Positions 8,655 through 20,888 of a stretch of 64,000 bases of DNA are shown in pieces. Origin of the DNA: a bacterium (GTDB lineage: Bacteria > SZUA-79 > Acidulodesulfobacterales > Acidulodesulfobacteraceae); NCBI GenBank assembly GCA_021798875.1, contig JAJZBN010000002.1, forward strand, positions 82,831 through 146,830, given 5' to 3'. The notes under the pieces are model-generated. The model ran no database searches and was not told the origin of the DNA. It saw only the letters and a program-made list of their open reading frames with translations. Each line of letters starts with the position of its first letter. Position 1 is the first letter of the stretch. Both the position numbers and the translations under genes were made by a program.

Positions 8655-10207
8655 TGATTTTTGGCAATTATTTTTTTTAATATATTTGCAGAATCGTTCT
8701 TAAAAATTAACGAGGCGACAAAGTAAATAATTAATCCTGCGATTATAGAAATTAAAACTACCGATAACGAGCCTAAATACATTTTACTTAAAACCTCTAT
8801 TATAAATTCAACTGCAATCCCCATAACTAAACTTGCCGCTAACGTTTTAAGTAAAGATTTAAAAAAAATGGTTCCTAATCCTATACTTTTCTTGCGATGC
8901 AGTTTTCTCAAAAGAAACAGATAATTAAAAATTAAAGAAATACTGGAAGCCAGCGCAAGCCCGTATACTCCCATTACCCGCATAAGAATAACCGCAAATA
9001 CTATATTTATAAACAATGAAATTATCGCCGCGTTAACCGGCGTTTTCGTATCTTTCATGGAATAAAAAACAGGAACTACCGTTTTTAAAAGCGCCGATGC
9101 CCACAAACCTACTATAAAAAAAAGAAGGACTCCTTCCGTTTTTCGCGCATCCGCAGAATTAAACAACCCGTGCATATATATTAATTTTACGAGCGGACTT
9201 CTTAAAAGTATTAGCCCTATGCTTGACGGTATTATTATAAAAAACATAAGCGACGACGCAAAATTAAAAGCTCCGTCAACTTCTTTTATATTATTTTTTG
9301 CAAACGAAGCTGAAAGTGTCGGAAAAATAGCGGTCTGCATAGCTATTGCAAAAACTCCGAGAGGAAACTGATAAAGCCTGTCGCCGTAATAGAGATAAGA
9401 TATACTGCCGGAAGGAAGAAAGGAGGCAAGTAGCGTATCGAAAATAAGATTAAGCTGAATTACCGCCATACCTAAAAGCGAGGGAGTAAGCAGTTTAAAA
9501 ACCGTCTTTACGTCCGCGCTTTTAAAATTAAACTTAAAGCCGAGGCGTATTTTCTTTTTTTTAATATAATAAATCTGGGATGCAAGCTGAAGCGCTCCTC
9601 CTATCATAACGCCAGTCGCAAGCGCAAAAATAGCCGGATGAAAAAACTGCTTTAAAAAAAGTGCCGATAATATAAGCGTTATATTTAATATTATAGGATA
9701 CATTGCGCCTGGAGCATAAGAACCGTGAACGTTTAAGGCTCCCGATAGAAAAGCGGTAAGTCCTATCAAAAAAATATAAGGGAACATGACTTTAGTTAGA
9801 ATAACCGCAAGATCAAGTTCAAAAGGCTTACCCAGAAAGCCCGGAGCGGTAACGGCTACAAAAACAAACGAAAATAAAAATCCTATAATAGAAAGGAATA
9901 AAAGGATAAAAAAAAGTATAGCAAAAACGGTTTGGAAAAGATCTTCCGAATTTGTTTCGTCTTTTTTGACTAAACTTTCCGAATAGACCGGAATAAAAGA
10001 AGCGGATATACCTCCTTCTCCAAAAAGTCTTCTAAAAAGATTAGGTATCCTGAATGCTACAAAGAATGCATCCGTAGTTATTCCTGCGCCAAAAAAGTAT
10101 GCAATGCAAACATCTCTAAGTAAGCCCAAAATTCTGCTTATTAAAGTAAAAAACGAAACTACGGATAAATTTTTAATTATCTCATGGTTTCGTAATTTTA
10201 AAGACAT
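8651..10207 (-). CDS. murJ: lipid II flippase MurJ
   Basis: Typical MviN/MurJ N-terminus (LSRILGLLRDVCIAYFFGAG..DAFFVAFRIPNLFRRLFGEG) and about 14 TM segments. Confidence 0.9.
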   Translation of the reverse strand: MSLKLRNHEIIKNLSVVSFFTLISRILGLLRDVCIAYFFGAGITTDAFFVAFRIPNLFRRLFGEGGISASFIPVYSESLVKKDETNSEDLFQTVFAILFFILLFLSIIGFLFSFVFVAVTAPGFLGKPFELDLAVILTKVMFPYIFLIGLTAFLSGALNVHGSYAPGAMYPIILNITLILSALFLKQFFHPAIFALATGVMIGGALQLASQIYYIKKKKIRLGFKFNFKSADVKTVFKLLTPSLLGMAVIQLNLIFDTLLASFLPSGSISYLYYGDRLYQFPLGVFAIAMQTAIFPTLSASFAKNNIKEVDGAFNFASSLMFFIIIPSSIGLILLRSPLVKLIYMHGLFNSADARKTEGVLLFFIVGLWASALLKTVVPVFYSMKDTKTPVNAAIISLFINIVFAVILMRVMGVYGLALASSISLIFNYLFLLRKLHRKKSIGLGTIFFKSLLKTLAASLVMGIAVEFIIEVLSKMYLGSLSVVLISIIAGLIIYFVASLIFKNDSANILKKIIAKNH

Positions 10208-10216
10208 TATTAAGTA

Positions 10217-11260
10217 TTAAAGATACTTTTTAATTAAAATTTCCGCTATCTGCACGGCATTGAGAGCTGCTCCCTTTCGGACGTTGTCGGCAACTATCCA
10301 TAAATTCATGCCGTTGGAAACGGAAAAGTCCTTTCTTATTCTGCCGACATATACGTCGTCGTTTCCTGCGACGTTAGTCTGGCAGGGATAACGCTCTTCG
10401 GGATTTTCGCTTAATACGTCGTCTATAATTTTAACTCCGTTAGTTTCCGAAAGCATTTTCTTTATATCTTTAATGTCGAAACTTTTTTCCGTTTCTACAT
10501 TAACGGATTCGCCGTGCGAGAAGAAAACCGGAACTCTAACCGTAGTTGCAGACACGCCTATATTATCGTCGTGCATTATTTTACGGGTTTCGTTTACCAT
10601 TTTAATCTCTTCTTTGGTATATCCGTCATCTGCGAAAACGTCTATTTGGGGAATACAGTTAAAAGCTATCTGCACGGGAAATTTTTCAGGAAATATATCG
10701 CCTTGCGCATTTATAATGCCTGTCGTCTGATAAAAAAGTTCGTCCATTGCTTTTTTGCCTGCTCCCGAAGTAGATTGATAAGTCGAAACTACTATTCTTT
10801 TTATTTTATATTTGTCGTGAATAGGTTTAAGCGGAACGAGCATCTGAATGGTCGAACAATTAGGATTTGCGATTATATTTTTTTTAGAATAATATTTTAT
10901 ATCGTCTGGGTTAACTTCCGGCACGACTAAAGGAACGTCTTTGTCCATTCTGAAATGAGAAGTATTGTCTATAACTACCGCTCCTTCTTTAGCGGCTATA
11001 GGCGAAAACTTGGCGCTTATCTGTCCTCCAGGGCTAGACAATACTATATCTATATTCTTTTTTTTAAAAGAATCTTCCCTTAAGGCATCGACTATATATT
11101 CATCGCCCTTAAAATCTATAGTTTCCCCAATAGAATTTTCCGATGCGAAAAGATAGAGCTCTCCTACCGGAAAATTTCTCTGCTCAAGTATCTCTAAAAA
11201 CTCCCTGCCTACGAGACCGGTAGCTCCCGTTATAGCAACATTATATTTTTCTTTTTTCAT
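10217..11260 (-). CDS. asd: aspartate-semialdehyde dehydrogenase
   Basis: GATGLVG NAD fold and active-site ANPNCSTIQM. Confidence 0.93.
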   Translation of the reverse strand: MKKEKYNVAITGATGLVGREFLEILEQRNFPVGELYLFASENSIGETIDFKGDEYIVDALREDSFKKKNIDIVLSSPGGQISAKFSPIAAKEGAVVIDNTSHFRMDKDVPLVVPEVNPDDIKYYSKKNIIANPNCSTIQMLVPLKPIHDKYKIKRIVVSTYQSTSGAGKKAMDELFYQTTGIINAQGDIFPEKFPVQIAFNCIPQIDVFADDGYTKEEIKMVNETRKIMHDDNIGVSATTVRVPVFFSHGESVNVETEKSFDIKDIKKMLSETNGVKIIDDVLSENPEERYPCQTNVAGNDDVYVGRIRKDFSVSNGMNLWIVADNVRKGAALNAVQIAEILIKKYL

Positions 11261-11291
11261 ATAATTTTATCCGTATTTTTGCGCTTAATTT

Positions 11292-12371
11292 TTATTTTTT
11301 TAATTCTTCGATTACGGCAAGTCCCATCTCTTTTGTTCCGACAAGTTTTGTTCCAGGAACTTTTGAATAAATATCGGCAGTCCTGTAACCGTTTTTTATT
11401 ACTTTTTCTACGGCTTTATCTATTTTGTCGGCAAGATCGTCCATATCGAAACTATATTTCAGCATCATTGCGACCGATAATATTGCGGCTAAAGGATTTG
11501 CCTTATTCTGTCCTGCAATATCAGGGGCGCTTCCGTGAATAGGCTCATACATACCTTTTTTGCCGTTAAGGCTTGCGGAAGGCAGCATGCCTATAGAACC
11601 GGCTACCATAGAAGATTCGTCGCTCAAAATATCGCCGAACATGTTGGTAGTTACTATAACGTCAAAATTTTTCGGCTGCCTGATTAACTGCATAGAACAG
11701 TTATCGACGTACATATTGGTCAGTTCTATATCCGGATATCCTTTGGCTGTTTCCGCTACTACGTTGCGCCACAATTCCGTGCATTCCAATACGTTTGCTT
11801 TATCCACCGACAACACTTTTTTTCTTCTTTTTCTTGCAATTTCAAAAGCTATTTTTGCTATTCTTTCTATTTCTTTAGTGGTATAAACAAGCGTATTTAC
11901 TCCTTTTTTCTGCCCGTCTTCCAAGTCGAAAACGCCTCTGGGCTGACCGAAATATATACCGCCCGTTAGTTCTCTTACTATCATCATGTCCGTTCCTTGG
12001 ACTATCTCTTTCTTTAAGGGGGAAGCGTCGATAAGTTCGTCGTAAATTTTAGAAGGTCTTAAATTTGCATATAGCCCAAGTTCATATCGCAAAGACAGGA
12101 GAGCTTTTTCCGGTCTCAGTTCAATAGGAAGCGATTCCCATTTATAACCGCCTACAGCTCCAAAAATTACGGCATCGGCATCTTTTGCTATCTTAAGGGT
12201 TTCTTCTGTTAAAGGTTTCCCATATTCGTCGTACGATGCGCCGCCGACTAGACCTTTTTCTATTTCATATCTTACCGAGTGTAAATCAAGTAAAAATTTT
12301 AATACGTTAACGGCTTCTTCGGCAACTTCTGTTCCTATTCCGTCGCCTGCGAAAAGAGCTAATTTTATCAT
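11292..12371 (-). CDS. leuB: 3-isopropylmalate dehydrogenase
   Basis: LFAGDGIG and [10 protein letters not shown] signatures. Lies in the leu cluster. Confidence 0.95.
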   Translation of the reverse strand: MIKLALFAGDGIGTEVAEEAVNVLKFLLDLHSVRYEIEKGLVGGASYDEYGKPLTEETLKIAKDADAVIFGAVGGYKWESLPIELRPEKALLSLRYELGLYANLRPSKIYDELIDASPLKKEIVQGTDMMIVRELTGGIYFGQPRGVFDLEDGQKKGVNTLVYTTKEIERIAKIAFEIARKRRKKVLSVDKANVLECTELWRNVVAETAKGYPDIELTNMYVDNCSMQLIRQPKNFDVIVTTNMFGDILSDESSMVAGSIGMLPSASLNGKKGMYEPIHGSAPDIAGQNKANPLAAILSVAMMLKYSFDMDDLADKIDKAVEKVIKNGYRTADIYSKVPGTKLVGTKEMGLAVIEELKK

Positions 12372-12373
12372 AA

Positions 12374-12871
12374 CTATTTTTTACCCTCCTTGATTTTTTT
12401 TTTGGCATATGCAATTAAGCCGCCCGCATTAACTAATTCAGACATAAATTTAGGAATAGGTTTGGCTTTGATAACGGTATTTTTAGTTTGATTTTTAATT
12501 TCTCCCGTATCCGTATTTACTTCAAGTATATCGCCGTTTTCTATTCCGTCCGTATCGGCTGAAAGAATGAACAGTCCTATATTAAAGGAATTTCTGTAAA
12601 ATATTCTGGCAAAGCTTTTAGCTATTACTATGGGAACGCCGCACGATTTAATGGCAATAGGAGCATGCTCCCTCGAAGATCCGCATCCGAAATTATTTCC
12701 GGCGACTATAAAATCGCCTTTTGCTACTTTGGAAGAAAATGTTTCGTCGGCATCTTCCATACAGTGTTTTTTTAAATTTTCTTCGCTAGAATCATTCAGG
12801 TATCTTGCGGGTATTATAGCATCGGTATCTATGTTGTCCCCAAATTTAAATACTTTTCCTTTGAATATCAT
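12374..12871 (-). CDS. leuD: 3-isopropylmalate dehydratase small subunit
   Basis: [13 protein letters not shown] motif. Adjacent to leuC. Confidence 0.92.
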   Translation of the reverse strand: MIFKGKVFKFGDNIDTDAIIPARYLNDSSEENLKKHCMEDADETFSSKVAKGDFIVAGNNFGCGSSREHAPIAIKSCGVPIVIAKSFARIFYRNSFNIGLFILSADTDGIENGDILEVNTDTGEIKNQTKNTVIKAKPIPKFMSELVNAGGLIAYAKKKIKEGKK

Positions 12872-12907
12872 AAATAATGCTCCTTTATAAATATTAAAAA
12901 TCTTAAA

Positions 12908-14185
12908 TTAAGATACTACTTCGTCGGGACCCGCAATCTTGCCCAATATGGCGGAAGCTGCGCAAACTGCAGGATTTGCAAGATATACTTCGCTTGTAAC
13001 GTCGCCCATTCTGCCTTTAAAATTCCTGTTAGTCGAAGATATCGCCCTTTCGCCGTCGGCAAGTATTCCCATATATCCGCCGAGACAAGGTCCGCAAGTA
13101 GGTGCACTGACGACTCCCCCTGCATCCATGAATATATCTATAAGCCCCTCCTTTTCAGCCATTCTGTAAATATCGGGAGTAGCAGGAATTACGATTAGCC
13201 TTGTATACTTGGCTATCTTTTTGCCTTTTAATATCTCCGCCGCAATTCTTAAATCTTCTATCCTGCCGTTTGTGCAGGAACCTATAACCGATTGGTCTAT
13301 TTTTATATTTTTTGCAGACGCTTCGTTAATATCGATGCTGTTTTCGGGAAGATGCGGAAAGGCAACCTGAGGATTTATAGTTTCGGTATTATAATTTAAT
13401 ATTTTCGCATATTCCGCGCCTTCGTCGCTCTTATAGAATATATAGTCTCTTTTTGCCCTGCTCTTGACGTAATTTTCGGTAATTTCGTCCGGCTCGAATA
13501 TTCCGCTTTTTGCTCCTGCTTCGATAGCCATATTGGATATAGTAAGCCTATCCGACATGCCAAGATGTTTAAACGTGCTTCCCGTAAATTCCAGCGCCAT
13601 ATAGTTTGCGCCTTCTACCCCTATCTGACCTATTAGATAAAGAACTAAATCTTTCCCTGATACCCATTTTTTAGGTTTGCCCTCAAAAATAACCTTTATC
13701 GACTCGGGGACTTTAAGCCATAATTCGCCGAATGCCATAGCATAGGCTAAATCTGTAGAACCTACTCCGGTAGCAAACGCTCCAAGCGCTCCGTACGTGC
13801 AGGTATGCGAATCTGCACCAACCACTAAATCTCCGGGAAGGACTATGCCCTTTTCGGGAAGAAGTGCATGCTCGACGCCCGCTTCTCCGCACTCGAAATA
13901 ATTTTCTATATCGAATTTTTTTGCAAATTCCCTCATCATTTTCGCCTGTTTTGCGCTCAATATGTCTTTGTTGGGAACGAAGTGGTCCGGAACAAGAGCT
14001 ATTTTTTTTCTATCGAATACGGCATCTACGCCTATAGCCGAAAACTCTTTTATTGCTATAGGTGCGGTTATATCGTTCCCTAAAGCTAAATCCACTCTTG
14101 CGTTTACTATGTCTCCCGAAGATATTTCCTGCAAATCGGTATGATTTAAAATAATTTTTTCGGTAATGGTTAATGGTTTTGCCAT
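12908..14185 (-). CDS. leuC: 3-isopropylmalate dehydratase large subunit
   Basis: Aconitase-family Fe-S ligand contexts [20 protein letters not shown] and CGPCLG. I prefer the ATG at 14185 ([11 protein letters not shown]) with AAGGAGAA 6 nt upstream over the track's TTG at 14239. Confidence 0.92.
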   Translation of the reverse strand: MAKPLTITEKIILNHTDLQEISSGDIVNARVDLALGNDITAPIAIKEFSAIGVDAVFDRKKIALVPDHFVPNKDILSAKQAKMMREFAKKFDIENYFECGEAGVEHALLPEKGIVLPGDLVVGADSHTCTYGALGAFATGVGSTDLAYAMAFGELWLKVPESIKVIFEGKPKKWVSGKDLVLYLIGQIGVEGANYMALEFTGSTFKHLGMSDRLTISNMAIEAGAKSGIFEPDEITENYVKSRAKRDYIFYKSDEGAEYAKILNYNTETINPQVAFPHLPENSIDINEASAKNIKIDQSVIGSCTNGRIEDLRIAAEILKGKKIAKYTRLIVIPATPDIYRMAEKEGLIDIFMDAGGVVSAPTCGPCLGGYMGILADGERAISSTNRNFKGRMGDVTSEVYLANPAVCAASAILGKIAGPDEVVS

Positions 14186-14244
14186 TTTATTCTCCTTATT
14201 TAAATACAATGCCGGAATTTCATTAAGGCATTGTCTCAAATTGA

Positions 14245-15804
14245 TTAAGCATTAATTTCAATTTCGCAGATTGTTTTATTTGCGGCGTTTTTATTATGAA
14301 CGTACAACTTATTTAAAGCGTTAACGTAAGCCTTGGCGCTTGCGGTAACTATATCGGTATGAGCGCTCCTTCCGGTAATACTCGCACCGTTATGCTCTAT
14401 AGTAATTGAAACATTTCCCTGTGCTTCCGTCGTTCCCCTGATGGATTTAACTTCATAGCCGACAACTTTAGCCTTAGAATTTACGATTTTTTCTATAGCG
14501 TTAACCGCCGCATCTACGGGACCGTTTCCACAGGAAGAATCGTGTTTTAACTCTCCGTCAACTTTAAGTTTTACCATTGCAAGAGGCGAAACCGTATCTC
14601 CGCAGACGACGTTTACGTATTTCAATTCGTACTTTTCTAAATGATTTGATTTGGACACAAGGGAATCTATATCCTCATCGTAAATATCTTTCTTTTTATC
14701 CGCAAGATTTTTAAATTTTATAAAAGCTTTTTCTATCTCTTCGTCGTTTAACAAATAACCGAGGGAATTAAGTTTTTCTTTAAACGCATGCTTCCCTGAA
14801 TGTTTGCCCAATACTAATTCATCAGGCTGTCTTCCGACGCTTTCCGGCGTCATAATTTCATACGTTGTTTTTTCTTTAAGTACTCCGTCCTGATGAATTC
14901 CCGCTTCGTGCGAAAAAGCATTTTTGCCGACGATAGCCTTATTAGGCTGAACCGATATGCCCGTTATATGAGTTAAAAGCTGCGAAGTTCTGAATATTTC
15001 CGATGTATTTATGGATGTTACTGCATTATATATATCTTTTCTGACTTCCAAAGCCATAACTATTTCTTCCAGCGCCGCATTTCCAGCTCTCTCGCCGATA
15101 CCGTTTATAGTACATTCGACCTGATTTGCACCTGCAAGTATCGCAGACAAAGAATTAGCCGTGCCCAAACCTAAATCGTTGTGAACATGGACGCTTAAAA
15201 CGATATTTTCTATTCCTTCGACTCTCTCCCTGATATTTTTTATAAAATTAAAAAATTCAAAAGGCGTTGCATAACCAACCGTATCAGGAATATTAACGGT
15301 AGTAGCGCCTGCGTCTATAACTCCTTTAATTACTTTGCATAAAAAATCCAAATCGGACCTTGAAGCGTCTTCGGCGGAAAATTCTACATTTTCTATGAAA
15401 GATTTTGCATATTTCACCATATTTACTGCGCGTTCGTATAATTCTTCGCGAGTCATCTTAAGCTTGTATTTAAGATGCACGTCCGAAGTAGCTATGAATG
15501 TATGTATAACGGGTTTTTCGGCATGTTTTACCGCTGAATACGCCCTGTATATATCTTTTTCGTTTGCTCTTGCAAGCCCTGCTATTTCAATACCTTTTAT
15601 CTCTTTAGCTATAGCGCTGACGGCTTCAAAATCGCCTTCGGAAGCAATAGGAAAACCGGCCTCTATAACATCGACTCCGAGCCTTGCCAACTGCCTCGCC
15701 AAATTCAGCTTTTCGTCTATATTCATGCTGGCGCCTGGGGACTGCTCGCCGTCCCTAAGAGTCGTATCGAATATTTTTATCTTTTTAAAAGCGTCGCCGC
15801 TCAT
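14245..15804 (-). CDS. leuA: 2-isopropylmalate synthase
   Basis: [14 protein letters not shown] and [13 protein letters not shown]-terminal LeuA dimerisation/regulatory domain. Confidence 0.93.
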   Translation of the reverse strand: MSGDAFKKIKIFDTTLRDGEQSPGASMNIDEKLNLARQLARLGVDVIEAGFPIASEGDFEAVSAIAKEIKGIEIAGLARANEKDIYRAYSAVKHAEKPVIHTFIATSDVHLKYKLKMTREELYERAVNMVKYAKSFIENVEFSAEDASRSDLDFLCKVIKGVIDAGATTVNIPDTVGYATPFEFFNFIKNIRERVEGIENIVLSVHVHNDLGLGTANSLSAILAGANQVECTINGIGERAGNAALEEIVMALEVRKDIYNAVTSINTSEIFRTSQLLTHITGISVQPNKAIVGKNAFSHEAGIHQDGVLKEKTTYEIMTPESVGRQPDELVLGKHSGKHAFKEKLNSLGYLLNDEEIEKAFIKFKNLADKKKDIYDEDIDSLVSKSNHLEKYELKYVNVVCGDTVSPLAMVKLKVDGELKHDSSCGNGPVDAAVNAIEKIVNSKAKVVGYEVKSIRGTTEAQGNVSITIEHNGASITGRSAHTDIVTASAKAYVNALNKLYVHNKNAANKTICEIEINA

Positions 15805-15826
15805 TAAAAAACCTCCTGCTAAAAAC

Positions 15827-16633
15827 CTATTTAATTTCTTTATTATTTTTTTTTATCTTAACATTAACGAAATAAAAATACAATAGCGGAGAAATGAATG
15901 AATATAATATGAAAATAGTAAAAATAGATTCTACAGGTTTTATTATAATAATTATCAAAATAAATAATATCAATATCAGAAACTCGAAAGCTCTGCGTTT
16001 AAAAACCGAAAAATCTTTCATGGCAAAGTATCCGATGTTGCTTATCATCAAAAGTCCGACTACCGCCGTCAAAATAAGCATAATTTTAGTTATAAGCAAT
16101 GTGCGTATTGAAAATTTAGTAATAAAAAAAAGCGTAGAAACTATGGTTCCTGCAGCCGCCGGAGACGGAAGTCCGGTAAATTTTTTATATTCGACCGAAT
16201 TTACCTGCACGTTAAATCTTGCCAGCCTTAACGTCGCCCCAAGAAGATATACGAACACAACCGCCCAGCCTATTCTTCCCATATCCATAAAAAACCATTT
16301 GAACAGCAAAATGGACGGCGCCGCTCCGAAAGCGATTAAATCTGACAGCGAATCGTATTCTATTCCGAATTTAGAACTTGTATTAGTCAGCCTTGCCACC
16401 TTGCCGTCTATTCCGTCGAAAAATATAGATGCTATTATAAGCCAGCCCGCTATCCAGTATCTGCCTTCTATTGAATTAATTATCGAGTAAAATCCCGATA
16501 AAAGCGAAAGACTGGTTATAAGATTGGGAAGAAGAAAAACGCCTTTAGTCATACTGTTTCTGTATAATTCGTTGTTGTTTAAGGCGGTTTTTATCGGGGA
16601 ATAATTCTTTTTTTGTTTATTCGACGCTATCAT
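15827..16633 (-). CDS. pssA: CDP-diacylglycerol--serine O-phosphatidyltransferase
   Basis: CDP-alcohol phosphatidyltransferase motif DGIDGKVAR..G..DSLSD in a polytopic protein. Overlaps psd by 17 nt. Confidence 0.88.
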   Translation of the reverse strand: MIASNKQKKNYSPIKTALNNNELYRNSMTKGVFLLPNLITSLSLLSGFYSIINSIEGRYWIAGWLIIASIFFDGIDGKVARLTNTSSKFGIEYDSLSDLIAFGAAPSILLFKWFFMDMGRIGWAVVFVYLLGATLRLARFNVQVNSVEYKKFTGLPSPAAAGTIVSTLFFITKFSIRTLLITKIMLILTAVVGLLMISNIGYFAMKDFSVFKRRAFEFLILILFILIIIIIKPVESIFTIFILYSFISPLLYFYFVNVKIKKNNKEIK

Positions 16634-17315
16634 TTATTTTACCGAGTACTGTTTTGCCTGAAAAAACTTTACTTCCAATTTCAACGTAAGGAATAAAACT
16701 TAAAGGCAGATATATATCCAATCTGGAACCAAATTTAATCAAACCGAATCTTTCTCCTGACTTTACGGTATCTCCTTCTTTAATTTTACATACTATGCGT
16801 CTTGCTATAAGGCCGGCTATCTGAACAAACGCTATTTTTCCATTTTTTTCTTTTAAAACTCCGCCCGTATTTAAAATTATCGCATTAAACTCGTTTTCGG
16901 AAGATGCCTTATCTAAGTTTGCGGAAAAAAATTTGCCTTTATTGTAAACTATTTTTTCCACTATTCCCCCAAAAGGAATCCTGTTGACGTGCACGTTAAA
17001 AAGAGACATAAAAATACTAATTTTAAAAACTTCTTCATTTAAAAACCTTTCATCCAAAACTCTCTGTAAAAATATTATTTTACCGTCGGCGGGAGAAACT
17101 ATTTCGGCTTCTTTTAAAACAGAATCCGGCTTTCGTTCAGGGTCCCTGAAAAAATATATGCAGAAAAAAAAGAAAAGGGCTGAAAGCGCAAATAACGAAA
17201 AAAAAATATATTCCAAAATTATATTTTTTGCGTATAAGCCAAATATTAAAAAAATTAGCGAACAGAAAAATGCAACTGATATAAACTGAATACCTTCTTT
17301 CGCTATATATTTCAT
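16617..17315 (-). CDS. psd: phosphatidylserine decarboxylase proenzyme (short Asd-type)
   Basis: Self-cleavage context LIKFGSRLD and an N-terminal TM anchor. Coupled to pssA. Confidence 0.88.
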   Translation of the reverse strand: MKYIAKEGIQFISVAFFCSLIFLIFGLYAKNIILEYIFFSLFALSALFFFFCIYFFRDPERKPDSVLKEAEIVSPADGKIIFLQRVLDERFLNEEVFKISIFMSLFNVHVNRIPFGGIVEKIVYNKGKFFSANLDKASSENEFNAIILNTGGVLKEKNGKIAFVQIAGLIARRIVCKIKEGDTVKSGERFGLIKFGSRLDIYLPLSFIPYVEIGSKVFSGKTVLGKINDSVE

Positions 17316-17368
17316 TTTTTTAATACTTAGGGCAGATATAAGTCTGCCCCGATGTAAAAATTTATGTT

Positions 17369-18400
<1,032 letters not shown>

Positions 18401-18475
18401 TTAGAGAGACGGCGGCATTTCGCCCTCAATCAGATTTTTATTATTTAATTTATTAATTTTTATATATATTTATTA

Positions 18476-18967
18476 TTATATTATTTTTTTAGCGCTGGCT
18501 AAAGCTATTATGCCTGTTTTAACTATGTCTTTGATTCCAAGCGGCCTTAAAATGTCTATGAGGGAATCTATTTTCTTTTCCGACCCTGTAACTTCAAGAG
18601 TGTAATGATTTCTTGAAACATCTATAATTCTGCCGTTAAATATTTCTTTTATCCTGAAAATATCGCCTTTAGTCGTTTCATCAGCGTTAACTTTAACTAG
18701 AACGGTCTGCCTTAATACGGAATCGTCGTCAGTAAATTCCTGAACCTTAATTACGTTAATAAGCCTGTTAAGCTGTTTAACTATCTGTTCCAAAATTTGT
18801 GCATCTCCCGACGTGGCTATTATCATTTTGGACTCGTTCTTTTCTAAAGTTTTTGCTACGCATATACTATCGATATTGAACCCTCTGGCAGAAAAAAGAC
18901 CGGCCACCCTTGTTAGCACGCCGGATTCGTTTTCTACGGTAATAGAAAGAATATGTGTTTTTTCCAT
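18476..18967 (-). CDS. ilvN: acetolactate synthase small (regulatory) subunit
   Basis: N-terminal ACT domain (LSITVENESGVLTRVAGLFSARGFNIDS). Lies downstream of ilvB. Confidence 0.92.
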   Translation of the reverse strand: MEKTHILSITVENESGVLTRVAGLFSARGFNIDSICVAKTLEKNESKMIIATSGDAQILEQIVKQLNRLINVIKVQEFTDDDSVLRQTVLVKVNADETTKGDIFRIKEIFNGRIIDVSRNHYTLEVTGSEKKIDSLIDILRPLGIKDIVKTGIIALASAKKII

Positions 18968-19016
18968 AATTATACTCGTATATAGTATTAAATTTATTTA
19001 CTTATTTTTATTTATT

Positions 19017-19136
19017 CGGAAAAGGTGTCAGATTAATTTTCCGCAATAAACTTTTCATAATTAAATTACTTTTTGCATATGCGGAAAATAAAATCCGACA
19101 CCTTTTCCTTCTATTAAATCTGACACCTTTTTCCGC
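19017..19136. repeat. long imperfect palindrome / MITE-like element in the ilvB-ilvN spacer
   Basis: Left arm CGGAAAAGGTGTCAGATTAATTTTCCGCA (19017-19045) faces TGCGGAAAATAAAATCCGACACCTTTTCC (19080-19108). An extra outer half-arm AATCTGACACCTTTTTCCG sits at 19118-19136. The ilvB-ilvN gap is 188 nt. Confidence 0.7.
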
Positions 19137-19155
19137 TATTTTACTTATGCAGACA

Positions 19156-20886
19156 TTAAACCAAAAGCATGCCGGTAATCGGCGAACCGGGCGCAACCAT
19201 AGGATAAACGCTTTCTTCCCTGTCGACTATAAAATCCATTATTACAGGTCTTTTTATAGACAGCGCCTTTTCGATTACGGGAACTACGTCGTCCGGGTCT
19301 TTAGCCCTTAACCCCACGGCTCCGTATGCTTCGGCAAGTTTTACGAAATCAGGATTAACGTTCATTTCGGAAAAAGAGTATCTTTTATGATAAAATAATT
19401 CCTGCCACTGCCTTATCATGCCGAGAAAATTATTATTTATTATGGCTATTTTGACCGGAAGATTATACTGTACCGCCGTCGCGAGCTCCTGAATATTCAT
19501 CTGAATGCTGCCGTCGCCTGCAATATCGAAAACAATCTTGTCCGGATGCGCCATCTGTGCGCCTATAGCGGCTGGAAATCCGAAGCCCATAGTTCCGAGA
19601 CCGCCGGATGTCAGTAAAGTCCGAGGGTTTTTAAATTTATAGAACTGCGCCGTCCACATCTGACTCTGTCCGACTTCGGTGGCTATTATAGCTTCTCCTC
19701 CGGTTAATTCATATATTTTCTCTATTACGTATTGCGGTTTAATTACGTCGTTCATCTTATAAGTAAGCGGATGTTCGTACTTCCATGCGTTTATTTCTTC
19801 GAGCCAGCCTAACCTCTCGTATTTCGCTTCGGATATTTCTTCGTTTCTGCCGTTCAATACTTCGAGAAGACTGCTTAAAACCGATTTAACGTCGCCCACC
19901 ACGGGTATTTCTATTTTTACGTTTTTTCCTATCGAAGAAGGATCTATGTCTATATGGGCAAATTTAGCATTTCTGCCAAATTCTTCGACTTTTCCCGTAA
20001 CCCTGTCGTCAAATCTCGCCCCGATAGCAACTATAAAATCAGCATTAGATATAGCCATATTGGCGGCATAAGTGCCGTGCATACCGAGCATGCCGAAAAA
20101 AAGAGGATGGCAGGACGGAAATCCGCCGAGACCCATTAAAGTCGAAGTTATTGGAAGGTCAAGCAGTTCAGCCAGTTCAAAAAGTTCAGCGGAAGCATTG
20201 GAGCTTATTACCCCGCCTCCTATATACAGCAAAGGTTTTTTTGCTTTTAAAATTTCCGAAGCAAGTTTTGCTATCTGTATGTGATGTCCGAAATATGTAG
20301 GATTATACCCGTGCAGTTGAACGGTTTCCGGATAATCGAACTCATATACGCTCGAAGTAATATCTTTAGGTATGTCTATTAATACGGGCCCTGGTCTTCC
20401 GGTGGAAGCTATATAAAAAGCCTCCTTAATAGTTCTTGCAAGGTCTTTTATGTCCTTAACCAAATAATTATGCTTGGTACAAGGCCTGGTAATGCCGACG
20501 GTATCGGCTTCCTGAAAAGCGTCGTTGCCTATAAGATTGGTAGGCACCTGTCCGGTTATTATAACCATAGGCACTGAATCCATATTTGCGGTGGCAATAC
20601 CAGTTATAGTATTCGTAGCGCCGGGACCCGACGTCACCAAAACTACTCCTACTTTGCCTGATGCCCTTGCATAACCGTCAGCCGCATGAGCTGCTCCTTG
20701 TTCGTGTCTTACCAGCACATGTTTAATTTTATCTTTGTAATTTAACAGCTCGTCGTAAATATTTAAGACGGCACCGCCGGGATAACCAAATATAGTATCT
20801 ACGCCTTCGTTTATAAGGCTTTCAATAATTATCTTTGAACCGGTCATTAAATTTTTCTTTGTATTATTATTTCTGTTATGATTCAT
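19156..20886 (-). CDS. ilvB: acetolactate synthase large subunit
   Basis: ThDP enzyme motifs [24 protein letters not shown] and [12 protein letters not shown]. Confidence 0.95.
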   Translation of the reverse strand: MNHNRNNNTKKNLMTGSKIIIESLINEGVDTIFGYPGGAVLNIYDELLNYKDKIKHVLVRHEQGAAHAADGYARASGKVGVVLVTSGPGATNTITGIATANMDSVPMVIITGQVPTNLIGNDAFQEADTVGITRPCTKHNYLVKDIKDLARTIKEAFYIASTGRPGPVLIDIPKDITSSVYEFDYPETVQLHGYNPTYFGHHIQIAKLASEILKAKKPLLYIGGGVISSNASAELFELAELLDLPITSTLMGLGGFPSCHPLFFGMLGMHGTYAANMAISNADFIVAIGARFDDRVTGKVEEFGRNAKFAHIDIDPSSIGKNVKIEIPVVGDVKSVLSSLLEVLNGRNEEISEAKYERLGWLEEINAWKYEHPLTYKMNDVIKPQYVIEKIYELTGGEAIIATEVGQSQMWTAQFYKFKNPRTLLTSGGLGTMGFGFPAAIGAQMAHPDKIVFDIAGDGSIQMNIQELATAVQYNLPVKIAIINNNFLGMIRQWQELFYHKRYSFSEMNVNPDFVKLAEAYGAVGLRAKDPDDVVPVIEKALSIKRPVIMDFIVDREESVYPMVAPGSPITGMLLV

Positions 20887-20888
20887 AA

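Noticed and set aside
12908-14239. Longer leuC (TTG at 14239) and longer uvrA (to 44062) as given in the ORF track
   Set aside because: The extra N-terminal residues ([18 protein letters not shown]; [20 protein letters not shown]) are not part of the conserved proteins. The internal leuC ATG at 14185 has a good SD. The internal uvrA ATG at 44002 is preferred because it gives the family's usual N-terminus ([18 protein letters not shown]), not on RBS grounds.
15335-16490. Long plus-strand ORFs (183 aa and 198 aa) antisense to leuA and pssA, and similar antisense ORFs inside ilvB, uvrA, ppdK, mfd, murJ, asd and others
   Set aside because: They mirror strongly conserved minus-strand genes. They have Ser/Ile/Phe/Lys-rich compositions typical of antisense frames in AT-rich DNA, and they lack recognisable motifs or RBS.
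17330-17349. Hairpin GGGCAGA-TATAAG-TCTGCCC between ilvC and psd as an intrinsic terminator
   Set aside because: On the transcribed (minus) strand the stem is followed by UAAGUAUUAAAAAAA, which is A-rich rather than a U-tract. The ilv-psd-pssA-leu genes also look co-transcribed. It may be a processing or stability hairpin, but the terminator call is unsupported.
19008-19196. 62-aa minus-strand ORF in the ilvB-ilvN spacer
   Set aside because: It is built from the palindromic repeat arms and the 3' end of ilvB. It is Arg/Cys/Phe-rich and low in complexity, and I saw no RBS. It is most likely a translation artefact of the repeat.
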